A stretch of DNA of 62,947 bases, filler included, from Neolecta irregularis DAH-3 (taxonomy: Eukaryota), in NCBI GenBank assembly GCA_001929475.1. It is 8 parts of 8 records of this genome, joined end to end, with 100 filler letters (N's around TTAATTAATTAA, not from the genome) between each part and the next. Parts side by side here need not be neighbours in the genome. Positions count along the whole stretch, not along the records: positions 1 to 17,307 come from LXFE01000238.1; positions 17,408 to 40,166 come from LXFE01000241.1; 6 more parts are not named here. One strand, given 5' to 3'. The notes beneath the pieces are model-generated. The model searched no databases and had not been told where the DNA came from. It worked only from the letters and a program-made list of their open reading frames with translations. A program made the translations under genes and the position numbers. This document shows, one piece after another, positions 11,568 through 24,574 of this stretch (positions are counted from its first letter, which is position 1; each line of letters begins with the position of its first letter).

Positions 11568-13017
11568 CTATCTTCCACCATAACCACGAGCAATTCCTTC
11601 TAACCCAGCTTCCAACATACTTGGTGTGTTATCGTCATATTCAATACGTAATCCTTTCCAGGATCGCCCCTGGAGATATTCCGCAGCTGAAGACTCCTCC
11701 CCATGAATCTTTACCGTTCCGTCCCATCGTTTGATGAGTTGATCCTCCTCCTCGCTTGCATTCTCCTCGACATCAGGAATCGTTGTATCTAAAACGGACA
11801 AGAAATCAAGCTTCCACTGACCGGTCCATTCCTTTCCAAGTGCCAACAATAATTCAAAAGGTGTAATAATCGGGCGTAAATATTCCTGCATATAAATTTC
11901 CAGACTCAAAAAGAGAAAACCTTTGAATCAATAAGACTATTCTCTTCACAACTCAAATAGACGAAAATATCGATTTCGGGGAAGTTTGCTAGTTTTGGAA
12001 CGTTGGGCTTGCCGATTGCTAAAGTATAGCTCTTCTTCTTAGCTTTTTTAATCGCTTGTTGAAGGTGGGAAAGTGTTTCGAGATATTTCGATATGCCGAG
12101 TGTGCCCATTACTAGGCCGAAGGTAGTTGCAGTAGACGCAGTTTGAATCAATGCATAGCGTTTTGAGATACTAGATATAGGGAGTTTGAGAGATGATGAT
12201 TGGGGATCAAAGTGGTATATTGATAACACTTTTGATGAGGCGGAGAGAATGAGGTTGGTAAGTGATTGAGTTGAAGGACCAATATAGATTACATTAGAAG
12301 ATGAAAGGGATTCAGATGAGGAGAGGCGACGCGACGGAAGGAGATCATGGGAGCCTATTTCAATCGACGATACGACTGGCTTGAAGGATTGTTTGGAGAG
12401 AAGGGCTGAAAGAGGTCCTATATTTTTGATTAAGGGTTCTCAAAAGACACATACCTAAATGGTGTTGATATTGCACATCTGCTAATAATACAATCTGATT
12501 TTCACTATCGAGACCCTTTATTTCCTCAAGAAAGGAATCGTAATGCAATTCTCTTTTACAAAATACATAAATTACTGGTGTACGATTTGTCCTACGGCCT
12601 CAGTTGACTTTATGGAAGTCATACGGTGATAAACAAGCTCGTCCGAAATGGATTATTACATCGGCATTGACATGTTCTGCGGCGACCTCATCGACGCAGC
12701 ATCTATCTCATCAATCACATTGAGGAAACGACGACATACTCTCCATAGCTAGTATCGCCAAGGATATATACATCGCTTTCGAGAAGTTTCCTCAGATATT
12801 CGGCAACAATGGTCGATTCGTGAAGTAGAGAGTCGGGGAACTGTAAAGCGACCTACTTCATCAGCAATAGCCGTTGGGTTATTTGTGCCTTCTTGTAGCA
12901 TTTTTCTTTGACTTTTGCTATGATCCGCGGATATTCATATACACTGCAAAAGTCTTTTGTTCGTATCCGAGAAGAATGTGTATCGAGCTCTACAGGCGTA
13001 GTGGAGGAAAAGTTCAT
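11568..13017 (-). CDS. DPH2: Diphthamide biosynthesis protein 2, 5 introns
   Basis: [46 protein letters not shown]...GIARGY. Confidence 0.92.
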
Positions 13018-13197
13018 GGCTGAAGTGGGATCGGAGAAATCCGGTTAGACGATTACAATAAGCCGACCAGCGGACACTAGAGCTAATATAAGTGAGAAGG
13101 TGTAAAATGGGCTGTTTTACAGGTGGCCAACTGCAGGCAGTGGTGAGGTTGGTGGATTTTATAAAACTTGCGATTTTACTGGTGTATCAGAACAGTG

Positions 13198-13759
13198 ATG
13201 CCATATAACACCACACCCCTCGCTCCACGACTGTCTTTACCAGGCCATGCACCTCCCTTATCGAACCTTCCCGTTCGCGAACCAGATGGAACGACCAAAT
13301 TGCCTCTAATCAGAGTTAAGCGAATAATTAAACTTGATCCGGATATCGTTGCTTGTTCCAATGCCTCGGCGTTCATCATTACCATCGCCTCTGTATTACT
13401 CTCTCCCTCGCTCACTAGCCTTCTTGCTGAATTCGTTTTAGGAAATGTTTATTCAGTATCTCGCGGAGCAAGCTCACATTCTCTCTAAAGTCAAACCGGG
13501 TGGTGATAGGAAGAAAACCCTGATGTACAACGATCTCGGTACCCTTTCATCAAGGGAAGAGTCCATAATTAATCTTCCCAGCAAATGCGGTATCAAAACT
13601 TGATACATTGGAATTTTTATCAGGTTTGTGGGAAGTGTTGTTCTTTAAGTTGATGCCTCTACAGATGTCATTCCTCATACGATCCCTCTCAAAAATGTCA
13701 AGCAAAAACCAAAAATTCAACAGGCTCCTAAACGAGATAAAATGGAGATTGACCCTTGA
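13198..13759 (+). CDS. DPB3: Histone-fold protein, DNA polymerase epsilon subunit C / CHRAC family
   Basis: LPLIRVKRIIKLDPDI, EMFIQYL and LEFLSDVIP across 3 GT-AG introns. Confidence 0.8.
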
Positions 13760-13964
13760 GAGATCTCTTCGGTACTACTATTTATTACACTGAACTGATG
13801 GTTAGATGTATTAGCAACGTTTTCGGATCGAGTTTAACCTGATCCTTTAAGCAAACAAATTTTGGTTTTCTTGGCAGTACAATTGGGATAAGACGCAGGC
13901 CCCATATATTATTATTCATTGCCCCTGATTGTACTTTTTTAAACGTTGTGGTATGAGAACTTGG

Positions 13965-14296
13965 TGTCAGGGGTCAATTCTCTCTCCTCCACCTCCAGCC
14001 CTTGGCCCGTGCCTCCTCTCCCCTCCCGCCTCCCCTGTCCCGCGTGTCTCTCTTGCCTCGTCCGCCAGCCTGCAGCTTGCCGCATCTACATAAACCTGTA
14101 GGCCTGTCTTGCCAGCAATGGCTATAAAAGGGGGCCAGTTTCTTCTCTTGTTAGACAGCCAATCGTATTACTATTCTTCTGTAATCAGATCCGGAAGCCC
14201 AATACCACCATGCTCGCCAAGAAACATCCAATCTATTACAACAGAACTACTACTACAAACCCCTTATAAACCTTAAGCTACAGCCCGCGTATGACA
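13965..14296 (+). mobile_element. Solo LTR
   Basis: TGTCA...TGACA termini, internal TATAAAA, and clear similarity (CTATAAAAGG...TTGTTAG.AGCCAAT.GTATTA; AGCTACA.CC.GCGT) to the LTR at 57109-57470. Confidence 0.75.
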
Positions 14297-14439
14297 CGTG
14301 CTATAAATAAAACGGTGAGCTGTAATCCGATGCCCGAGACAAAAAATTAAACAAGCATGAGACTGCTTCTTCTATGCAAATGTGTATAATTCTATAATTC
14401 TATAATTCTATATTACACTATAGTTGTCTATTCAGGGGG

Positions 14440-14949
14440 TTAATTCCAGATTTGTAATTTGAATAGGCACACTGCGGCGTGTGAGCATATCTCTAAATCA
14501 GATAGCACATACCAATAAAAACCCATTATGGGAGATACTGTGACTTTCCATCTCGTCAGACCCCAAGATTCATCTTTACAAGCATAAAAGACATCTGAAC
14601 CGGCGTATTGAACCATTCCGTGCTGATTGAAACTGAATAAATTGAAGGCATTTGACAATAGAGGGGTTAAAGTGAATGATATTTCAGTCTTTGTGACTCG
14701 TGCAGGATATAAAGTGGCTTTATGCTTGAGTCTACCGGATTTTAAAACGAAGGTGCTGTCGTTAACGCTGGGATACCGGGACAAGTTGATGTAGAGCTTC
14801 TTGTCTATCCTGTCCACATACAAATATTGGGATTCGAAGGCGTCTATTCCAGATCCCCGTACCATGAGACACATAGCGTTACATGTTGTAGATTCGACGG
14901 CAGAAGTAACGGCAGAAAGAGCCAGAAGGGCGAGAATAGAAAACTTCAT
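14440..14949 (-). CDS. Secreted protein, possibly cell-wall/PhiA-like
   Basis: Signal peptide MKFSILALLALSAVTSA; FSFNQHGMVQYAGSDVFYACK resembles fungal cell-wall protein motifs; intronless. Confidence 0.65.
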   Translation of the reverse strand: MKFSILALLALSAVTSAVESTTCNAMCLMVRGSGIDAFESQYLYVDRIDKKLYINLSRYPSVNDSTFVLKSGRLKHKATLYPARVTKTEISFTLTPLLSNAFNLFSFNQHGMVQYAGSDVFYACKDESWGLTRWKVTVSPIMGFYWYVLSDLEICSHAAVCLFKLQIWN

Positions 14950-15403
14950 TTTTGACTCGGTTCTTTCCAAAGTCAAGACTCCTTCTTTTATGGACTCCTG
15001 GCATGAGGAGTCGAGAATCATGTGTTGTGAAATTTATGATGCAGCCGACATGTTAAGGGAAAAGAGTGGCTTTGCCCCATACGGGTAAATGCAGACTTTT
15101 CATCCGAACTTCGGTAGATTTCTCATTGGGAAAATTATTTGGATGTTTCTACCTGCGAATTTGATGCCAGTTGGGAAATAGTAATCACTACGACGACCCG
15201 AGTGGAGCAGGCGGGGAGGAACTTCCCCTTGATAGCATCAATTCGCTTTTTTATTTCAGCACAATTCGAGGAATTTCAAATGAATCATTAGTTCCCTTGG
15301 AATCCGATTCAGTTGGAATCAGTTGGAAATTTATTGGGTATTGGTGTGGTTATCCCGACTGCCAGTCACTCAACCAACTTGATCTTTGAAGAGCGTTGAA
15401 TTG

Positions 15404-16534
15404 ATGAAGATCCTCTTCATAGCTCTTCTGCCACTGGTCCTATTCTCGAGTATTGTCCCATATTTTCTATTAAGCTGAATCTAATTCAAGGTGGCTATAG
15501 ACTCATAACTGAGAAAACCCTAAATTACCTCGCAACCCACCCATCTCTCAATTCCTCTTTAAATACTCAGAATGGAGCGCTTCTCGATCCCATAGTAACA
15601 ACCCTCCGTCCACCCTCTTCTCCTGGCGCAGAAACTGTCCTCGCATTTCTAAGAGAACACTTTCGGAAGCTTGGTGATTGGACAATAGAGTTGGACGAAT
15701 TTCAAGATACAACACCCCACGGTCCCAAAGATTTCAAAAACTTGATTGCATTCAAGACAAGCTCTTCGCATTCGCGGAAATTGGTATTAGCAGCCCATTA
15801 CGACTCACTCGTTAGGAAGGATGGTGACTTCTACGGGGCTACAGACAGCGCTGCTTCATGTGCTGTATTACTATGGACCGCACAAGTGTTAGATGACCTC
15901 ATTTCAGAAAAATTCGCCGACAGCTTGGAGGACTTTGGGATTGAATTCATCTTTTTCGACGGAGAGGAAGCTATAGTTCAATGGAACGGAGATGATAATA
16001 CCTACGGATCACGGTATTTTCAAATTCTTCTTAATTCTTCTTAATTCAAGCCATCTTGCGACAAAATGGGAACAACAAATGATGACTGCTGGAAATCGTG
16101 GCTCTCGTTTATCCTCAATTGAATTATTTGTGTTACTAGATCTGCTGGGTTCAGCAGAGCCGGAGATGGTAAGTTATTCGAGAACAACCCGTTGGGCGTA
16201 TGATCATCTTTCGACCCTCGAAGCTCGCCTTCGATCCTCAAAGCTCGCTTTCTCTAATCCATCGAAGAACTGGTTTGTCGAGACTAAAGGAACTTCTGGA
16301 CCTCACATTTGGACGCAAATTGGCGATGATCACCTACATTTCCTCCAAAGAGGAGTCGATGTTCTCCATCTCATTCCTTCTCCTTTCCCACAAGTTTGGC
16401 ATACTTTACTGGATGATAAGGAACATCTTGATCAAGACAGTGTATTAGACTGGGGGGTTTTGATGGCTGCTTTTGTTGCGGAATGGTTGGAATTAGAGGA
16501 AGTTATCTATGCAAATCAAAGGGATGAGCTTTGA
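15404..16534 (+). CDS. Glutaminyl-peptide cyclotransferase (M28 family)
   Basis: LAAHYDS, GATDSAASCA, FFDGEEA, YGSRHLA, LLDLLG, DDHLHF and WHT motifs. Confidence 0.92.
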
Positions 16535-17307
16535 ATATGATCAGCTTTTTGGGAGTTTGGTTGATTGGTTCTGTGGACCAGGTTCCTTATCATAGTCATT
16601 TTTTGGTTGATTATATGTATGGGCATATGCACTCTCAACTCGATTCATGAGAGAGATTTAACATAGATATTATTTGCGCTCTTTTTGATAATACCTGTGC
16701 ATTGTCAATTACTTTGAAAGTACCATCATATTCCCTCTCTTAAAGATCCCTGTCGCACATCTGTTTACCAATGGCATAAAATTCGAAGCTCGTCTCAAAG
16801 ATCGGATAAGAAAGCTAGATGCTTCAGGGATTCTTATCAAAGGATTTGTCCACAAAATGGTGCCGTTTCACCAAAATATTTGAGATTTCGGTGAGCGTTG
16901 GGACTCTGTTTTCTTGTCCGTTTAAAATCCACTGGTGTCGTTTAATTTAGGTTAATACTCCGTGGTGATTTTAATAATAAAAAATATCTACTGAAGATGT
17001 TTCGCAAATATTTTCTATTTTTGTCAGATATTTGCACTTGCGTGTCATTGGAGGGTATAAATATTTTGTCTATTGATAGACGGACGAGTTTCAATTCAGT
17101 TCAGGAATCAGGAAATTGGAATATGCTAAACAACCCATTCCTCAGATATTCTATGGAAAAGGAATTCGGGAATCGACACCATGGACACTGTAAGGGTATA
17201 CCCGGATATTACCCGGGATGTACCCATACCAACACAGTAGGGGCGGATAAAGATATAAGGGACATTAGATAGAAATGTATATAAAGGCTGCGCTCACATA
17301 TCTTAGT

Positions 17308-17407
17308 NNNNNNNNNNNNNNNNNNNNNNNNNNNNNNNNNNNNNNNNNNNNTTAATTAATTAANNNNNNNNNNNNNNNNNNNNNNNNNNNNNNNNNNNNN
17401 NNNNNNN
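17308..17407. other. Assembly gap linker (N44-TTAATTAATTAA-N44); same type at 40167, 46122, 57009, 58638, 60410, 61681
   Basis: Seven 100-nt linkers of the same design, with stop codons in all six frames. Confidence 0.98.
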
Positions 17408-17519
17408 TTATATTTATATATATATATATATATATGCAAATCAAAACAACGACCGACTCCAGAATAACTTGTATACAATAGTACAATTGAAGAAGGTAAA
17501 AAAGAAAAGGGAAGGGTGA

Positions 17520-19846
17520 TTAAAACAGGTTAAAAGTACCGTCTCTATACCCCTTTAAATGTTTCAAAACCAACAAATGAGTCTCTTCTTCACTTGATAT
17601 TTTCTTTTGAACACGTTGATCTACTTCCTTTGCTTTTAGATACCATTCCAACAAGATAAAATCTGTAACCGAGCATTTTGAATATTTTTCTTCAAAGGTA
17701 GACCAAAGAGACTGGTATTGTTTGATTTTTGAATAAAAACAAGTCCAATTTGATTGATGAGTTCGAAGGGATTGGAGGTATCTATTCATGTCATTTTGAC
17801 TACATGTACACGGCGCAAGATTAATAACAAGACCGGGCGTGGAGAGTATTGAATTTGTAACGTTTTCGAATTGGCATAGAATAGTTTTAAATTCTTCTTG
17901 CTCCCTTTTTTGAGAATCCAGATAGGGATCTTGAAGGCGTTCAGAAGGAGTTTCTTCAGTTGACGATATTGAAATTATCTCATCGTCTTCTTCTTCATCT
18001 TCAATACGTGTTTGACTTGGATCTTCAGATTTAGCCTCTTGTCGTTCATCATCGTCCGAGATTTCGATTGGTTCAGAGGTCCGGTAACTCTCAAACTTTT
18101 TATCGGAACCCGAGTTTTTTGAAGTGGAGTGATGAGAGGTCCATGAATTAGCCCATTCACGAGTGCTACCATGCGCAGTATCAGCAGTATATCGAAAAGC
18201 TTTAGGAATTTGGGGGTCTGAATATCCATTTGAACCTAGATTTCCATCCAGTGGATCAAAAGTAGACGATGAACTTGTCGATAACGGGTCTAAAGATTTC
18301 GGAGGCATCGCGAATGTAAAGTCGAACGTTCTAGTCTCTCTATCATTTCCATTGGGCGTCTCAGATTGTCTAAACTTTCCAAGAAAAACGGATTCGGGGG
18401 TCGTCTTTGCTTTCTTATTCGCGTTTTGACTCTTTTGGGCAGGACTATAATGATTCGAGAGAGGTCGACTCTTTGGCGTCACTGGCCGATCATCGGGCAT
18501 TTCCATGTCAAGTTCAGGTGCCTTGTAACCATAATTTTCCTCTGGGAGTACTTCAGGCCCCAGAGGAATGAACTCGGGTGGAGGCTTCGTAGAGTTTGAA
18601 CCAGCTGCATAACGACCGCCAGTTTGACGAGGAGTATCTTGTTCAACTTCATCTTCAAGGTTTACTTTTTGTGGTTTATTAGGGCGTTCAGGAAATTCTG
18701 GAGATTGCTTGAAATTAAAAGCAGAAAACCTTTCATTTTCATTCAGGTTTGAGCTTTTGGGGTTTGATTGTGTAAATGCTTGAGGCTCAAAGGCTTGCTC
18801 ATATCCTCCGAAATCAAATTTGTAGCTTCGAAGGTTCTCGGTTTGAGGTAATGTTCCCCATATTGAAGGGTTTTCCTGAGATGTGTGGTTTTGCCTCTCC
18901 GATGAATCGGCTCTCCATTTGAATTTGAATGGTGTTGATTTGCTACTGCCTCGATTATCTGTTGAAGAGTCTGAAAATCTTTGGCCGTTTGCTTCGGATT
19001 TCGGGGTGGACCACCTTCCATTGGGGGTAAAATTGAAGGTTGACTCTGTTGAAGTCTTTGGCTTGGCCTTTCCTCTGAGATTGTTTTCCCTAGGTTTATC
19101 CGGCTTTGGGGAGCTCTTGAATGTGTAGGGCGTATCTGATGAGGGAGCGAAATTAAAATCAAAGGACTCTTTAGTATAAGGCGGAGATTCCTGGGAAGAC
19201 CTTTTCGGTACTTCCTCAGGCTTTGGAGCAGTGGAGTATTTTTCTCCTTTATGTGTGTTGGAATAGGCAGTCTTTGACTGGGGCCTAGTTTCTGATGCAA
19301 CGCCTGGTTTGCGAGTTTTATGAGGCGTCGGCCTCGGCTTTGGATCCTGGGGATTTGTAGGGGGCGGAGGCTGTTTAGGAGGGGGAGGCTTTGATTCCTT
19401 TTTCGGTTTTTGGTGCCGTTGGTGATTTGTGTACCAGCGGTACCACGAATCAAAGCCATCACGATTTCCGGAAGCATACCCACTGTGGCTGTAGTCGCTA
19501 TAATTATATTTGGCATAATCGAAGCCAGCTCGTGCAGAGGTGAAGCACGGGGAGTAGTCTGGAGATAGTCGAATTTTGCAACGAGCGGAATCGTATGTGG
19601 CTTTCCTGCTCGGGTCACGCAGGGTTTCGAATGCAACATTTATTTTCTGCATGTGCAGCTGGGCGGAAGCTTTTCTGTCATCTGGATTTTTGTCTGGATG
19701 ATAGAGGAGGGCTGTAACGATGAGTGGAATAAAGACGATGGGATACCTTGTTTGTGGTAGGCTTTCTTTATAGCAGCATGGTCTGCGGTCGCTGATATTC
19801 CCAGGACGGCGTAGTAGTCTACAAAGGGCAAGTGTTTTATAGGCAT
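17520..19846 (-). CDS. J-domain (DnaJ type III) protein with long low-complexity region
   Basis: DYYAVLGI...IKKAYHKQ/ALLYHPDKNP (HPD)...INVAFETLRDPSRKATYD; one intron. Confidence 0.88.
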
Positions 19847-19988
19847 TGCAGCTACATGAAAGGATGGATATGGGAGTGGAGTGCAGAAGTGGAGAGTGGT
19901 GGTGCTACACCACCGTGCATATATTCACAATAGTCAAAATCTATCGAATACCGCAAGTTCATTCCCCGGAACGCCAGAGATGCATACA

Positions 19989-20073
19989 CTACTGTAGGCC
20001 AGAGTTGGTCCAATGGTTCTGTGGGGGATGCAGCTGGGAGTATGCCATTTGCATCTGCGAGTATTGCTGCTGC

Positions 20074-20111
<38 letters not shown>

Positions 20112-20850
20112 CTGCTGCAGACCATGGGACGAATACGCAAAGGTAGATGGAGTGGTTACGTGGATGGGGATGGTGGATGCGGTGGTTGTGTTGTTGGAGG
20201 TGGAAGAAGAAGAAGAGAACGAGCCGTGGCGCGATTGGACTGGCGGGGACAGTGGGCGTCTCTGAGGCCGCAGCAGCGACGATGATGATTCACCGCCAAA
20301 CAGCATCTGCAGCTGTGCATAGCTTTTCGCAAGACGAGGCACACTCGCAGGCGCATTCAGGATTGCAGGCGGCCGCACCGGAAGCATCTCGCTGCCCGGA
20401 CTGCGGCGGTCAGCAAGCGCCGTGAGAAACTGCAAATTGGCTGCGATCCGCTCGAGCAGGCTGTCTGGTCAGCCAGAATATCAAAAATGGCAGATACTCG
20501 CTGCGGACCGACGCCTTTTCTGCCTCTGAGCGGTCCGCACTGGCCGCCAGCTCGACACTCGCATGGATCAGGTCGTCATTCAGCGCCAGCACAGCGGCGA
20601 TCTGGCGGCGCTCGGACTCTGCGCGTGGGCCGAGGACGGGTGAGTGCAACGATGCGGTCTGGGGCGACAGTGCTTGGCGGGTTAAAAGAAGAAGCGGATG
20701 GAATTAAATACACGGACTAGGCGCATGCGGCGGCGGGACATAGGAATAAGCGGCTCCCGGTTGCGGAGCCAGCAGATATCCGTCGCTGCTGGCTCCCGGC
20801 CTGGCTCCGGCTCCGGGATTGTAGCTGTAGCCCTGATTTGCTGCCATCAT
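19989..20850 (-). CDS. SSXT/SS18-domain protein with poly-Q tail (SWI/SNF Snf11/Snf30-like)
   Basis: Reconstructed 3-exon model MMAANQGY...IAAVLALNDDLIH...LLERIAANLQFLTALAD resembles the SSXT motif (LHRNLxYLAxxAD); CAG/CAA poly-Q near 20064-20120. Confidence 0.6.
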
Positions 20851-21273
20851 CGCCTACGCGCGTGTCCCCACTCTGATCCGCTGGATAACCTTTTCTGTGC
20901 TTTTACCGCAAATACACCTGCTCCTCTTGTGTGCCCCGCTGTTCGTCTTGTTCGTGCTGCGTCGCGTGCGTTGCGCTGGAAAAAAAGCAGGTTCTGTGGG
21001 AGGGAAGGCGGGTCTCCTCGCCTGACTTTTTGCTCTGCAGTACGGTCCACCTGCACTCGCCCATTATTGCTCTTGCCAAACAGATTCCGCAATAGTCTGC
21101 TTGAGCAAGAGCAAGCAGGTAATCCCAAATGCATAGCAGGGACAAAAGAAACCAACAATAGTTATATATAGCAACACCCCTCCAGCCACAATGATGAAAC
21201 TCGGTCGGTCGCAAGAGACCATTTGGAAAAAATGCAATACACAAACAAAAAAAACAAAAAATCAAAGGGTCTA

Positions 21274-24070
21274 TCATGTCTTGTTCCCCCCCGCTGAAGG
21301 ATTCTGTCCCGCCCATGCTCCAAACCATCGTCCCGCTTTTGTGAATCCGTTTTCGGCACAGGGAAGACTAGACATACTTGCCGACGAGGAATGTCCCGTA
21401 ATACCCATTTGTTTCCTTAGCTTATCATAACAGTTGCGCACTTCAGCTGCATCTTGCTTTGCAATTGCCTCTGCAGTTTTAGCGTTGACTAGATCAAGTT
21501 TAAACGAATCGCATGATGCGCAAGCTTCTTCCACCACCTGCGAAGACCGGTTCGAGTATATACTCGCAGGTCGTGTCTTCAAAGATGACCGGCGAGATAG
21601 TTTCAATTCCCGTAATCCACGATCAACGTTTTCAGGACCAAGAAAGGGTTCAGTTGTAGTTGGCTCATGTTGACGATTCTTATGTTGTACTCTCAGCGCA
21701 ATTAAATCTTGCTGCGCTTTTTGACGATCTTTTTGTTCGGATAAATACCGTTGTTTGATTTCGTTAGCATGCTCTTTTAGTCGGGAAACTTCGTGCATCA
21801 TTTCTTTGTTGGTCTTATCCAAGTCTCGATTTATCTGGCGTTCTCTCGCTAATTCTTCGTTTGCACGATTAAGTTCTTTTAGTAATGCTTGTGATGATTT
21901 GTGAGACGTCACAGATGCTGTGCCTTCGATGATTTTGGCAACTAGTTCCGCTACCAGCGAAGAAAAATCATGTTTAACGGTTGGACGGGGTGTCAAGGGC
22001 GGATCATTAGATGTCGATGCTACCTCTTCGGTTTCGTCCGTGGTAGTAGGAATATCCAGATCCTTGACAGCATCTTCCATAGAACCAATCGTCTCCGTTT
22101 CAGCATCGCACTCGATTTTTGATTCCGAGATTTTCAAAGCAAGTGCTCGAATATCTTCATTCTGCTTCCGCAGTGCTTCGATTTCTTCTTCCTTTTGAGC
22201 GTGTTCGCGTTGAAGAGAACTAAGCGCGATGACTAGATCCTCAATCTGGCGATGGAGACCCTTGCTGTTGCGATCGCCGCTCGTCATGGATGTTGTTCGT
22301 GATATAATTGTAGGCTCAGTATAATTCCCGTCTGACGAAGAGGTGGAATCCAAAGAGGCGAGAGTGGAAACAGACAGTTTTGAAGAAGTTCGTTTAGTGG
22401 GGCTTGTAGGCCCAGACACATTTGTCTGAGGAGACAAAGCGTTCGGAGTGGGGCTTTGTGGAGTAGAAAGCAGCCGCCCGAAAAACCTGGAAGCGATAGC
22501 CTGAAGATCCGTTGTCTTCCTAGTTGGGGAAGAACTACGAGACGATGAAGAATTTTCTTCATGCTCCTTAAACTTGCGCTCCAGATCAGCCAAACTTCCT
22601 CGCGTCACCACGCCGCCAAGGCCACATGCCTCATTTACAAGCGCATCATCATCACCTTCATAGACATACCATAAACCACGACCAAGCAACTGCTGAGCGA
22701 CGCCTTCAAACTCTTCCAAAACAAGAAGCCGCTCCTCATTCTTTTGCATCAAGGCAATCGCGACCCGCATTATCGTTTCAGGTGCGCCTTCCGCAAATAT
22801 CACATCATACACTCTCATCAACGTCGCAAAAGGACATGTCACGCCAAACAGGGATAAGAACCACTGACTTGCGTACATTGACGGTTCGATTCCAAGGTCG
22901 GTTAGATGTGCAGCAAGACTAGGCACATGTGCGACAAGCAGATGTGAAAACTGGTATAATCGCAATTTGAGCCCCGACAAGTTTTGCGTAAACATAGTTC
23001 GCATGTCATAACATTCCATGATTCGAACGAGTACGCAGAATGATTCTCGTTCGCCCATGTTCATGAGTAACGGCCCTACGAGGAAACCGAGTCTGTTTAT
23101 CAGCGTCTGCCGGGGAGCTTGATAGAGATTACCCTTGACAATAACCGACTTCGGCATCGTAGAGACTGTATGCCTTGAGAACACGTCCCAGTAATTTTTG
23201 CCCTTCACCGCCTTCTTCCTTGAACATTTCGACACCAGGAAATGTTCGCGATAAATCCCGGCCGATTACTCGATCGTAAGGCGATACTTCAGCCGAGAGG
23301 GTGTCGTAGAGGCCCTCTAGATGTGTGTCGCGAGCCCCAGACATCGATTGCCACACAATACCCCTATAACATCAACAATTGTCGAAGAGGGTATACCTCA
23401 ATGGAGCCGGAACTCCAGCTCTGATTTTCTTGCCCATCAAGAAGGGCAGCTTGGCAGCGGTTCTCTGATAATCGGAGACCAGGGCTCTCCAAAAGTCGAG
23501 CTATGATTGATCAGCATATGCCAAAGACAGGCGATGCCTGTGTCATAGGAGGAGGAGCGGGAAGCATTGACTGTCTGTTGGGCAGCGTATCCGGGTCTAT
23601 GATTGCGGAATGCATGAGGCTGCGCAAATACTGCAGTGACGGCGGGCGAGTTTTTGCGGTGGCAGAAAGGGAGTGTGTTGCTCTTGGATCGATTTCTAAT
23701 CGAGCATTCTCTTTTTCAAGCCGAGCTAAGAGAAATTCAGGGGACTGCTAGACGGCGGTGTAAGCAACACGGGGTGTACTGTGCGATCGGCGGATAGACA
23801 TACCTCGTCGACCAGTTCTATGGGGTCCTGCATCTTGCGCAGATGGTCCCAGTCGACAAAGGACTCGTCGCCCGCGTCTGCCGGAATACTGTCTGCACCC
23901 CTTGGAGGCGGGTTTTGGGGGGCGACGTCTAGCCCCGAGACCAGCGGATAGGCTGTCACACGGACTACGGGTGCAGGCGGCGAGTTGGGCGGGGAGAGAT
24001 CCACGGTCATCATCGTCGATCCGGTGTCGCGGGCGGTGCTGCTGGATGTTTCCTGGATCTGGCGATGCAT
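21274..24070 (-). CDS. Rab GTPase-activating TBC-domain protein (Gyp5/EVI5-like)
   Basis: IGRDLSRTFP, EVGYCQG, YASQWFLSLF and a C-terminal coiled coil. Confidence 0.9.
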
Positions 24071-24574
24071 TGGGGGAAGTGCGGAGGCAGACTAGCAGCA
24101 CTCGAAACAGACGGCGAATCGCAATTGGGCTCAGGAGGAGGCAAAGAGAGCGCAGACGGTTAAAATAGCAGCTGCAAGTCGCTCGGGCGGCGGTTAGGGC
24201 GATTCGCCCAAAACGGCATGGCGCGCAACTGACGCGTTGCTGTTTTGGGATCCCGCCCAAAACAGGAAGGTGGCGCCCCGTGCTTGTCTGACTGCACAAT
24301 ATCCGCGTTTTTTCGCTTTTTTCGCTTTTCTTGTCGTTGGTATGCTGCTGGTGCAACAACCGCCCATGACAATGACCTCTGCTGCAATTTCCGCTGCTGG
24401 TGCGAGTAGAAGCACCCAGAACAGCGAATGATTCCGAGTCTCGCCGTGCTCGTCGCATCGCGGCGTTGCGCGTGCTCCTGGCGCTGTTTTCGGCATCACA
24501 AACACCAACCACTCCCTGTTACCCATTCCCGTTTCTCTCCTTCAGCCCGCTCTCTAGGCTCGGTTTACCCAAAC

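Noticed and set aside
17352-17363. Recurrent TTAATTAATTAA palindrome
   Set aside because: It always sits in the centre of an N run; it is an artificial all-frame-stop linker, not biology.
18743-19639. 298-aa alternative-frame ORF inside the DnaJ gene
   Set aside because: No ATG start and no recognisable domain; likely a by-product of codon composition.
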